Source: Macrostomum lignano
Taxonomy: Eukaryota
Assembly (NCBI GenBank): GCA_002269645.1
Contig: NIVC01001655.1
Span: forward strand, 124,001 to 188,000
Direction of reading: 5' to 3'
DNA: 64,000 nucleotides
A program made the translations under genes and the position numbers. Of this stretch, positions 1 to 11,100 are shown piece by piece. Each line of letters opens with the position of its first letter. The stretch's first letter is position 1. The notes under the pieces are model-generated. The model did not search any database and was not told where the DNA came from. It saw nothing but the letters and a program-made list of their open reading frames with translations.

Positions 1-1159
1 TATGCATGCAAGGGCCCCTCAGAGGAGATGCTTAAACACTGCAGTGCATTTTTCCTAGCAATTATTGGGACACGAAGTGTTGGGCCACTGTGTGTGTGTG
101 TCTAGTTTTTTCCGCATTTGTTAAGTCACCTAAAGAACTCAATTAATAAAGGGCTCCAGAACAAATTGATGGGCAAACGGATGACACACTGCACAGAGAC
201 TTGTTGGGACATATTAAAAACAGCTTATTTTAGAATGGGTACACTTTACTAAAGTAGAATGCTCCTACAGAAAGCTGCAAGCAAACTAGCATCTTCTGGA
301 GCTGACATGCAGAGAAGAATGATTTTGTCGTCCTTGAAATCACTAAACAGATATGCGAAATCGATCTTTTGCTAATCCCACCACAGGTTCCAGTGAAAAG
401 AAGAAACGAAACCCATTGACTAAATTGGCAGTCGACTCAATCGATGCCGACTGCAACGGACCTGTCAGCTTCGAACTCAGGAGAGCAGCTAATAGTCTAC
501 GAGAGTAATGCTAGATGCCAGAATGCTTCACAGCATCAAAGTATTTAAAGCAGAAGCTTCAATAAAAGGTTAGTTCATGCTGTGGCTGCATTCGTTTTCG
601 TGTCTAGAAGCGTTATAACTTTTTGTACTTTTAACTCTCAGATCGGGTCTTAGCAGATTCTATAGCTATGCATGCAAGGGCCCCTCAGAGGAGATGCTTA
701 AACACTGCAGTGCATTTTTCCTAGCAATTATTGGGACACGAAGTGTTGGGCCACTGTGTGTGTGTGTCTAGTTTTTTCCGCATTTGTTAAGTCACCTAAA
801 GAACTCAATTAATAAAGGGCTCCAGAACAAATTGATGGGCAAACGGATGACACACTGCACAGAGACTTGTTGGGACATATTAAAAACAGCTTATTTTAGA
901 ATGGGTACACTTTACTAAAGTAGAATGCTCCTACAGAAAGCTGCAAGCAAACTAGCATCTTCTGGAGCTGACATGCAGAGAAGAATGATTTTGTCGTCCT
1001 TGAAATCACTAAACAGATATGCGAAATCGATCTTTTGCTAATCCCACCACAGGTTCCAGTGAAAAGAAGAAACGAAACCCATTGACTAAATTGGCAGTCG
1101 ACTCAATCGATGCCGACTGCAACGGACCTGTCAGCTTCGAACTCAGGAGAGCAGCTAAT
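1..1159. repeat. Direct tandem duplication, 666-bp period (copy 1 truncated by window edge)
   Basis: tatgcatgcaagggcccctcagagg at 1 and 667; identity runs to gagagcagctaat (481-493 = 1147-1159), then diverges. Confidence 0.9.
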
Positions 1160-1712
1160 TTATAATCTGCAAGCGTAATGCTGGATGCCAGAGTGCTCTA
1201 AATAACGAGACTCCTGTTTTCTCGCTCGACCGGAATTTTTTGTTTAATCTGCTTAACTAATCTTTGCGTTTCAGTTTTTCAGTTTCACTGTCAATTTTAG
1301 GTTTTTTCCTAAGCGCAAGTGTAATTGAATTTTTTATTCATATTAGTCAGGCATATTGCGTACAGCATTATAGCGTATTAGTAAAGGTAGAGGTAAATAG
1401 ACTGCTTGTAACTAGTTTTTCCTTCATGTGGATTGGCTTCAACGAAGACTTGTATTTCAATTAATGCTGAATTCGCTCGACTGAGGACAATATAGTTACA
1501 CGATGATATGCTATTCCTTCACTTTCAATAGATCATACTATTAGTATGGGACGTGCTTTTTTATTTCAATGTATGCTTTTTTTCATCATTTAAATGCTAA
1601 AAATACTTAATAGGTCATTGCACTGTGTGTATGTGTGTGTTTTCGTGTGTCAAAAAAAATTGCAAAATAAGTGCCCACCATTGTATACCGTACCAACAAG
1701 TGCCCGGTGCGT

Positions 1713-1715
<3 letters not shown>

Positions 1716-1749
<34 letters not shown>

Positions 1750-1930
1750 TGAGTGAGTGAGTGAGTGAGTGAGTGAGTGAGTGAGTGAGTAAGTGAGTGA
1801 GTGAGTGAGTGAGTGTGTGTGTGTGTGTGTGTTTAAGTAGTTAGGGTATGTAGGTAGGTAGGTAGGTAGGTAGGTAGGTAGGTAGGTAGGTAGGTAGGTG
1901 TGTGGGTGGGTGGGTGGGTGGATGGGTGTG
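1716..1930. repeat. Compound microsatellite (GT)n-(GAGT)n-(GT)n-(AGGT)n-(GGGT)n
   Basis: Read directly from the sequence. Confidence 0.95.
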
Positions 1931-1953
1931 TATGCATGCATGCTAGATATAAG

Positions 1954-3629
1954 GTGTTGACTGGTGATGTGACCGTGTTGACGGGGGATGTAACCATGTT
2001 AACAGGGGATGTGATCGTGTTGACTAGTGATGTGACTATGTCGACTGGTGATGTGACCAGACGACTGGTGTTGTGACCGTATTGACTGGTGATGTGACCG
2101 AGGTGACTGGTGATATGACCCAACAAATGATAATGTGACCGTATTGACTGGTGATGTGACCGAGGTGACTAGTGGTGTGACATAACGACTGGTGTTGTGA
2201 CCACATCGACTGGTGTTGTGACCAATTTGACTGGTGATGTGACCGCATAGACTGGTGATGTGACCGCATAGACTGGTGATGTGACCATGTTGACTGGTGA
2301 TGTGACCCTATTGACTGGTGTTGTGACCACATCGACTGGTGTTGTGACCAATTTGACTGGTGATGTGACCGCATAGACTGGTGATGTGACCGCATAGACT
2401 GGTGATGTGACCATGTTGACTGGTGATGTGACCCTATTGACTGGTGATGTGACCGCGTTGACTGGTAATGTGACCGTGTTGACTGGTGATGTGACCCTAT
2501 TGACTGGTGATGTGACCGCGTTGACTGGTAATGTGACCGTGTTGACTGGTGATGTGACCACATCGACTGGTGATGTGACCGCGTTGACTGGTAATGTGAC
2601 CGTGTTGACTGGTGATGTGACCGTGTTGACTGGTAATGTGACCGTGTTGACTGGTGATGTGACCACATCGACTGGTGATGTGACCGCGTTGACTGGTAAT
2701 GTGACCGTGTTGACTGGTGATGTGACCACATCGACTGGTGATGTGACCGCGTTGACTGGTAATGTGACCGTGTTGACTGGTGATGTGACCACATCGACTG
2801 GTGATGTGACCGCGTTGACTGGTGATGTGACCGCGGTGACTGGTGTTTTAACCAAGTTGACTGGTGATGTGACCGAGGTGACTGGTGATGTGACCGAGGT
2901 GACTGGTGATGTGACCGAGGTGACTGGTAATGTGACCGTGTTGACTGGTGATGTGACCACATCGACTGGTGATGTGACCGCGTTGACTGGTAATGTGACC
3001 GTGTTGACTGGTGATGTGACCACATCGACTGGTGATGTGACCGCGTTGACTGGTAATGTGACCGTGTTGACTGGTAATGTGACCGTGTTGACTGGTAATG
3101 TGACCGTGTTGACTGGTGATGTGACCACATCGACTGGTGATGTGACCGCGTTGACTGGTAATGTGACCGTGTTGACTGGTGATGTGACCACATCGACTGG
3201 TGATGTGACCGCGTTGACTGGTAATGTGACCGTGTTGACTGGTGATGTGACCACATCGACTGGTGATGTGACCGCGTTGACTGGTGATGTGACCGCGTTG
3301 ACTGGTAATGTGACCGTGTTGACTGGTGATGTGACCACATCGACTGGTGATGTGACCGCGTTGACTGGTGATGTGACCACATTGACTGGTGATGTGACAG
3401 GGTGACTGGTGATGTGACCGGATCGACTGGTGATGTGACTATGTTGACTGGTGATGTGACCCTATTGACTGGTGATGTGACCACATCGACTGGTGATGTG
3501 ACCGCGTTGACTGGTAATGTGACCGTGTTGACTGGTGATGTGACCGCGTTGACTGGTGATGTGACCACATCGACTGGTGATGTGACCGCGTTGACTGGTA
3601 ATGTGACCATATTGACTGGTGATGTGACC
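1954..3629. repeat. 21-bp minisatellite (GACTGGTGATGTGACCGCGTT consensus), about 80 units
   Basis: Read directly; explains the (VTSPVNT)n/(TGDVTVL)n ORFs. Confidence 0.95.
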
Positions 3630-3852
3630 TTTTATCTCACTATGCTGTTGTTATATAGATTTAATGTCTTTTTTAACAATGTTGCTATATAATCAATATT
3701 ATACAGACCAACTACGGATGCGACCTGATGTAGAGCCCGGTCTGATGTTGTCAGTTTGACAGGCAAATCTTGCACAAGCAAATTTCACATTTCTCGGCTA
3801 GCGCAGCGCCTCCCCCAGAAAAAAGTTTGTTGTATGCGTTATGGATAGCGTT

Positions 3853-3854
<2 letters not shown>

Positions 3855-3924
<70 letters not shown>
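3855..3924. repeat. (GT)n microsatellite
   Basis: Read directly. Confidence 0.95.
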
Positions 3925-3927
<3 letters not shown>

Positions 3928-5110
3928 CAAATTACTTCGCTATGGACTCCCAAATCGCTCAACCAAATTACACCAAATTTTGCACCCACCCTAAACTCAC
4001 AACAGAAAGTGTCATAGGCTACCTTTAAATTTCCTATACTCAAGTTTTCCTACCTAAAAGTGCAAAAAACTGCTCAAAATGCGCGATTTTTTTCACTAAA
4101 TCCTCCATAGCGCCGCTCCACTTTTATCAATTGTCTTCAAATTTGACACAATAAATCATCAACTATTTTGACACAATCATGTAAAATTTTGAGTCTTAAA
4201 ATTAATCCAGAACAGCGCTGTGCACTTTTAAAGTTAGTCTGCTTTTTGTCAGCGTACGAGTTATCAACCACCCGACCCCTGCTTGATACGAGACTCGCCT
4301 TTGGTAAATTTATCCAAAATCTATAATCCTATCTTAAAGAATTTTCCGTAGACTCTAGATCTAGACTCGTAGACTCTGGACTCTAGATCTTGTCGGCTGG
4401 GGTCTCCCTCTCTCGGACCGCTTTCCAAAAACTTTCCAAAATTTTTGCGCACACTCGGGGGTGGCTTGGGTGGATCAGTCTTTGCACCCGTCCTCCTGAT
4501 TCCATTTAGTAGTATGGCCCCAAATATCCTGCGGCAGAGCCCCACCCCGGGCTGATCCACGGAAGGCACACGCCTTCCACCCCCGTTTAACAACAACAAG
4601 AAACGTATTTTCCTGTCCCGAACGTCCTAAACGTGTCAGAATAGCAGAGGTTTCACACAGACAAGCCAACCGCAGATAGCTCGTAGCCATAGACAACAGA
4701 ACTCGTACCGCATCAATTGCCATTTTTATAAACCCTCAAAGCGGATTGTAGAACCGCCGTTACAACATGGATAAATTGTCGGGCTTACAGCAGCTGCTTT
4801 GTCTTTACAGAATTGAGAGTTTGAAAAGGAATGTCACAATTTGAGAACATGATAGATGCTCAGATACATACGAGTAGAGAAGTTTGTGGTTAGAATTTTT
4901 CTGCATCCTGACTAAAGAAGGCAGGATCCGCGGTAGAGCATGACAGGTCCTATTATTATTTAGGATTTTCCGACAAGATTAACCAGCAGCTAGCAATAAG
5001 ATCAGCACTAACTCTTAATTAGAACAGAAAATTGCTACTTCTCCGGCTGTCATTTCGGAGAATCGATGACCGATCGCGGGTGCACACAATTCATCGCGTT
5101 TTTTACTCAC

Positions 5111-8100
5111 AATGTCTGGACGCGTAGTCCGGTCTGGGGATTAGCAGGATGCGCTGGTAGAGAGCGCAGAACGGCTTCTGTTCCGCCTCCCAGGGAGTTC
5201 GAGACGTCCCTATTAGAAGAATTCGATCTTCGGCCTTGATGTTTTTCATTGCCTTGGGCAGCTCCTTCTTCAGGCGCTTCGGGTCCGGCTGGCGGGTGAA
5301 AGTGTAAGGAATGTAATCAGTGAGGGAATGTAATCAGTGAGGGAATGTAATCAGTGAGGGAATGTAATCAGTGAGGGAATGTAATCAATGAGGGAATGTA
5401 ATCAATGAGGGAATGTAATCAATGAGGGAATGTAATCAATGATGGTATGTAATCAGTGAGGGAATGTAAAATCAGATAATGTAAATTGTACAGAATACAA
5501 ACTGTAAGGAAAATACATAGCGGGGAATAATGAAGATTATTACTACATGAAACATCAGATTTGCTGCCGATAAAAGAAGAGAAAAAATGTTGCAGACAGC
5601 GTGGTTACCGCTTCAGAGAAGAGAGCCGACCCAGATCTTCTTTCCGAAGTTCGTCGGTACTGCGGCGTTAGGGAGGAGTTTCTTAGACATATCGCAGCAG
5701 GACAAATACTTCATTGCTGGCCTGTCAGACACCGCAAGTTAAGCTAAATAAGTAGGCTGCTGCCATGACACTCACTGCTTCTCCCTTAGGCGCCTTCTTA
5801 CGGAACATCATGTCGCAGTCTTCGATGAACAGCACACTCGGCTGAAGCGCCTTGCCGACCTTCACGAGAAGTTTGGAGGGACCAATTTGTAGCGAGACTT
5901 TAGTCAAGTCTGTAGCGACACAGGTGACTGAGAAGCATCAATTAGTAATTTTGTGGGGAGGGTGGTTGTAGTCTAGTGGTTAGAGCGTCTGACTCACAAC
6001 TGGGAGGCCGGGGGTTCGATTCCCGATACCACTGGAGCAATTTGTGTCCTTCAGCAAGACACTTAACTCTGCATTGCTTCAGCTCACCCAGCTGTAAAAT
6101 GGGTGCCAGCATTAGCTGGGGTAATTGAGGGTGCCCAGTCCTTGGACTGAACAGCCGTACGCAGCCTTCAGATGCGCCGCACAATAGCTGCGGCTGAGCT
6201 GTCGGTCGCACATCTGCCCAAGACATCTAATTTAGCTCCTATCCTTGGGCTCCTTGAGGTCTTTTGTCGGTTTTTTCCCATAACTTTACCTCGAGCTCCG
6301 TTCGGAACATTTTGAAGCAAGTTACCAGCCTCAAATCAAAGACACCAGCCACAACCTGTACACCCTGTGTGAGCGTGTGTACGAGTGCGCGCCTGCGTAT
6401 AGTACTTTCGCGCTTGCATGTGCTCAGGGGTCAACGGAATGAGCAGAATCGCCTCAGCACTGATTGCTTCAGAGTCGCACCGCAACCCACCTTGAACACC
6501 AGGTGCATGAGCCGCCTCAGGCCGTCTTTGCCCGGATACCGCCCAGCCAGATTCTCCGCCGAAAGGTCAATCAGGTTCGCCCCGGTCTCCGTGCACACCG
6601 CGTCAACCAGCATCCGCTTGCCGACACCGCCAGGTCCGGCTAGCAGCAGGCTCTTCACTAGCGGCGCGCTCCGGTGCACCACCTCGGAGCCGAGTGGCAG
6701 GCAGGCCAGTTCCGTGACGGTTCGACGAACGTCGGCCAGTGACGGCATCGGCTCAATGTTGGCCTGCTTAAGCGTGGTGCCCAGGTAGTTGTACTCGCCC
6801 TCGTAGTCGCTGATTAGTACTCGAGGCACCTGTCAGTTTTGTTTGTTGCAGAGGAAGTTGGTGTGACTCCAAACTTGTGATACTGACACTTCATGTCCAA
6901 ACTGATGATTTGACTTTTAAATTTTAGTGAATCACTACTGCAATTGTTGAATTCCTTCTGACATTTGTGAATCCCTTCAGAGATTTGTGAATCACTTTTG
7001 ATATCTGTGAATTCCTTCTGACATTTGTGAATCACTACAGAGATTTGTGAATCCCTTCTGACAGTTGTGAATAACTACTGAAATTTTTTAATCTGTTTTG
7101 ACATTTGTGACTCACTAATCTCAGACATTTTGGTTTTAATCTAGTTATTTTTATACTATAGTGGAGAAATTTCATTACAGATTTGCATCATGCTACTTCT
7201 TTTTAGCATGTCAGTAGTTAAAAAAGCACAAAACTGCACCTTTTTAATAATTCCGTTAGAAACGAGCTCCTCGTACAGCGACTCGATGGTTGCATCCGGC
7301 GTCAGGTCCTTCTCTTTCTTGCCCTTGCGGCCCTTCTTGCCTGCAGATTTCTTGCCTGGGAATTTCGGTGATTTAAAGGGTGTTACAGCGTGTGTTACAG
7401 CGTGTGTTACAGCGTGTGTTACAGCGTGTGTTACAGCGTGTTTTACAGCGTGTGTTACAGCGTGTGCTACAGCGTGTGTTACAGCGTGTGTTACAGCGTG
7501 TGTTACAGCGTGTGTTACAGCGTGTGTTACAGCGTGTGTTACAGCGTGTGTTACAGCGTGTGTTACAGCGTGTGTTACAGCATGTGTTACAGCGTGTGTT
7601 ACAGCGTGTGTTACAGCGTGTGTTACAGCGTGTGTTACAGCGTGTGTTACAGCATGTGTTACAGCGTGTGTTACAGCGTGTGTTACAGCGTGTGTTACAG
7701 CATGTGTTACAGCATGTGTTACAGCATGTGTTACAGCGTGTGTTACAGCGTGTGTTACAGCATGTGTTACAGCGTGTGTTACAGCATGTGTTACAGCATG
7801 TGTTACAGCGTATGTTACAGCGGCCCTAATTTCAGCATAACTCGAAATCTGACACCTCAGCTGGATGTCGAACTCACCCTTCTTAGTCTTCTTCTTTTTC
7901 TTCCCCGACTTTTTGATCTTCTTTCTCACTTTCTCTTTGTCGATGGCCATTTTTAGTCCGCGAAGCTCCTGCCGCATCAGCTCGTCGACCTGGACTCGAA
8001 CCTCGCGCTCAACTTCGATGCGCTTCTCCTCCTTGATTAGCTCGGGGTCGAAGCGCTGCTGGAAGTTGTCCGTCTCGTCTCGGTGTCTCCAGATTCCTGT

Positions 8101-11100
8101 GAATTTGAAGTAGTTTTTGAGCTTTCTCACGCCTAACTACTCGCTCACAATGGAGCTTAGAGTAGAGGCTGAGCACAGCATCCTCATAGATGCAGCATAA
8201 TCCAAGCACTGTTGCTGCAGACACGACAGAGCCAAGGACTACTCAAGTAGAAGGATGGGAAGCCTCGCTTCTTGAAATATTTTAGGAGACAGGTTTATTC
8301 GAAGAAAATACACTATGGAGATAGGAGGTTTTCATTTTATCAGCACCAATATTGTTATTGCTTTCAAAAGCTCTATGAATATCGATAGAGCTATAAGAAA
8401 GGCACAATATATCAAAAGATGAACACTGGATCTGCCTTCTATCGAAAGCAATAACAGTTTTTGTGCTGAAAAAATGCGAACCTCCTGTCTCCGTAGGGTA
8501 TATATTTCGGAAAACCTGCCTCCAAATTTTTTCCAAGAAACGAGGTTTCCAATCCTTCTACTTAAGTAGTCCTTGGACAGAGCGTGGCATTCTTTTCAAA
8601 GTCAATGCACTTTTAGTTTGGTGAGTATTTGAGCGCTCACGTTGGTACTCCTGAGAGGCCTTGCCAATGTCCGCGGTGAACTTTGACTCTTTTAGCTTCA
8701 ATCCTTCGTCGCCATCCTGAAGTCAGGCAAAAGAAAGTTTTCCATTCGAAGAATTCTTTGACAGCGGCGTCAATTGACATACAATACTCATTTATATGGG
8801 AAGTTTTTTGTTTACAATCGGTCAAACAGTGCATTCAAAACCGGGTTGCACACCTGTCCCAAAGATAACTAGATGTTTGGAAATGTTTAGAATAACTAAA
8901 TGGGCCACTCAGCACATTTGCGTGTAAGCTACTTTCAGCTCAGTAGTAAGTTAAACAGAAGCATTTTATTGTATTTTTAAAGCCAAGGCTCATTTATTGA
9001 CTCTTACCCCCAAGCCTAAACCCTCCAACCGCGCCTTTCCACACTACCCACCGCCCCAGTGGCGCATCAAGTGACGTCATACGATAGAGATATCAAGTGA
9101 CGTCATTCCATAGCAATATGGAGTTACGTCATGCCATAGTGGTATTAAGTGACGTCATGCAATAGCCGTATTAAGTGATGTCATGCGATAGCAGTAACTA
9201 ACGACGTTATTTTTGGTAATATAGTGCTTAAAAGAAACTTAGCGAATAAAGTTAAGCAATAAAGTATTTAAGTGAGAGTTTTTTAAACAAAAACTTCACC
9301 GGTGTTAAGAGCAGTTAAAACAGATTCTCTCACGTCGTCTCCTTTGCCTCGCTTCCCGCCCTTGGCTCCGCCGCTTTTCTTCGCGCCTTTGCCGCCGCCT
9401 TTCCTGGCGCCTTCGCGGCCTCCGACACTGCCGACGGAAGCTCCGCCCAACCGGCTCTCTTTGTTGTCGTCCTGGATTTGTTAAAATGAAATATGAGCCT
9501 GTGCTAATTAGGTCACTACAACTACTGATAATCGCAGTTCATTGACTGAGAACGACAAGATTCTGGCTTTCACATTTTGTAGTCCTAAGTTGACTTGAAG
9601 CCCCATTTTTATCCTCAAAATCCCACGGCACTTGAAACAAACCTTGTTGATCTCATTTTCCAGGTCAGCCAGGGATTTCTGCTTGAACAGCTCGGCGCTT
9701 CCTTGCTCCCCTTCCGGGTAGTCGGGAAATTTCCCCGTAGCGTCTCGGCACTCGATGAACCACTGGCGAATCTGGGCCTGCATCGTCTCCTGCATGTCGG
9801 AGCCCTCCGTCTCCATTAGCTGGTTGCGGATGCTGACCAGAGCCTGTTCGAATTCCTGCCGATGAGCCGCTTGAGTCGCTCGCCTCTCCTCCTGCGCCTT
9901 CGCGTGAGCAACTTGAGCTGCGGACTTCTGGCTGGTGAGGAACTGCGCTGGCGGAGTCTAAGGAGGGGCGGTGGCTGCTGCTCAAGTGGGTCTGCTACTA
10001 AAAGTCTCCTGGGAGTGATCGAACTGCGAAACATGATCAAGCTGAGACACTTCAGAGTTGATCAAACTCTTCTGAATTGATCAAGCTGAGACACTTCAGA
10101 GTTGATCAAACTCTTCTGAATTGATCAAGCTGAGACACTTCAGAGTTGATCAAACTCTTCTGAATTGATCAAGCTGAGACACTTCAGAGTTGATCAAACT
10201 CTTCTGAATTGATCAAGCTAAGACACTTCAGAGTTGATCAAACTCTTCTGAATTGATCAAGCTGAGACACTTCAGAGTTGATCAAACTCTTCTGAATTGA
10301 TCAAGCTGAGACACTTCAGAGTTGATCAAACTCTTCTGAATTGATCAAGCTGAGACACTTCAGAGTTGATCAAACTCTTCTGAATTGATCAAGCTGAGAC
10401 ACTTCAGAGTTGATCAAACTCTTCTGAATTGATCAAACTCTTCTGAATTGATCAAGCTGAGACACTTCAGAGTTGATCAAACTCTTATGAATTGATCAAG
10501 CTGAAACACTTCAGAGTTGATCAAACTCTTCTGAATTGATCAAGCTCTTCTGAATTGATCAAGCTCTTCTGAATTGATCAAGCTGAGACACTTCAGAGTT
10601 GATCAAACTCTTCTGAATTGATCAAGCTCTTCTGAATTGATCAAACTCTTCTGAATTGATCAAGCTGAGACACTTCAGAGTTGATCAAACTCTTCTGAAT
10701 TGATCAAGCTGAGACACTTCAGAGTTGATCAAACTCTTCTGAATTGATCAAGCTGAGACATTTCAGAGTTGATCAAACTCTTCTGAATTGATCAGATTGA
10801 GACACTTCAGAGTTGATCAAACTCTTCTGAATTGATCAAGCTGAGACACTTCAGAGTTGATCAAACTCTTCTGAATTGATCAAGCTGAGACACTTCAGAG
10901 TTGATCAAACTCTTCTGAATTGATCAAGCTGAGACATTTCAGAGTTGATCAAACTCTTCTGAATTGATCAAGCTGAGACACTTCAGAGTTGATCAAACTC
11001 TTCTGAATTGATCAAGCTGAGACACTTCAGAGTTGATCAAACTCTTCTGAATTGATCAAGCTGAGACATTTCAGAGTTGATCAAACTCTTCTGAATTGAT

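Noticed and set aside
2036-3692. Long Thr/Val- or His/Ser-rich ORFs (up to 524 aa)
   Set aside because: Open on several frames and both strands simply because the 21-bp unit lacks stops; no non-repeat coding context.
4321-4723. Possible IQCA1 terminal exon
   Set aside because: No frame shows the expected conserved C-terminal motifs, and there is no phase-1 acceptor leading to them.
5960-6035. Functional tRNA-Val gene
   Set aside because: The acceptor and anticodon stems pair poorly and the sequence continues into a conserved SINE body in three copies.
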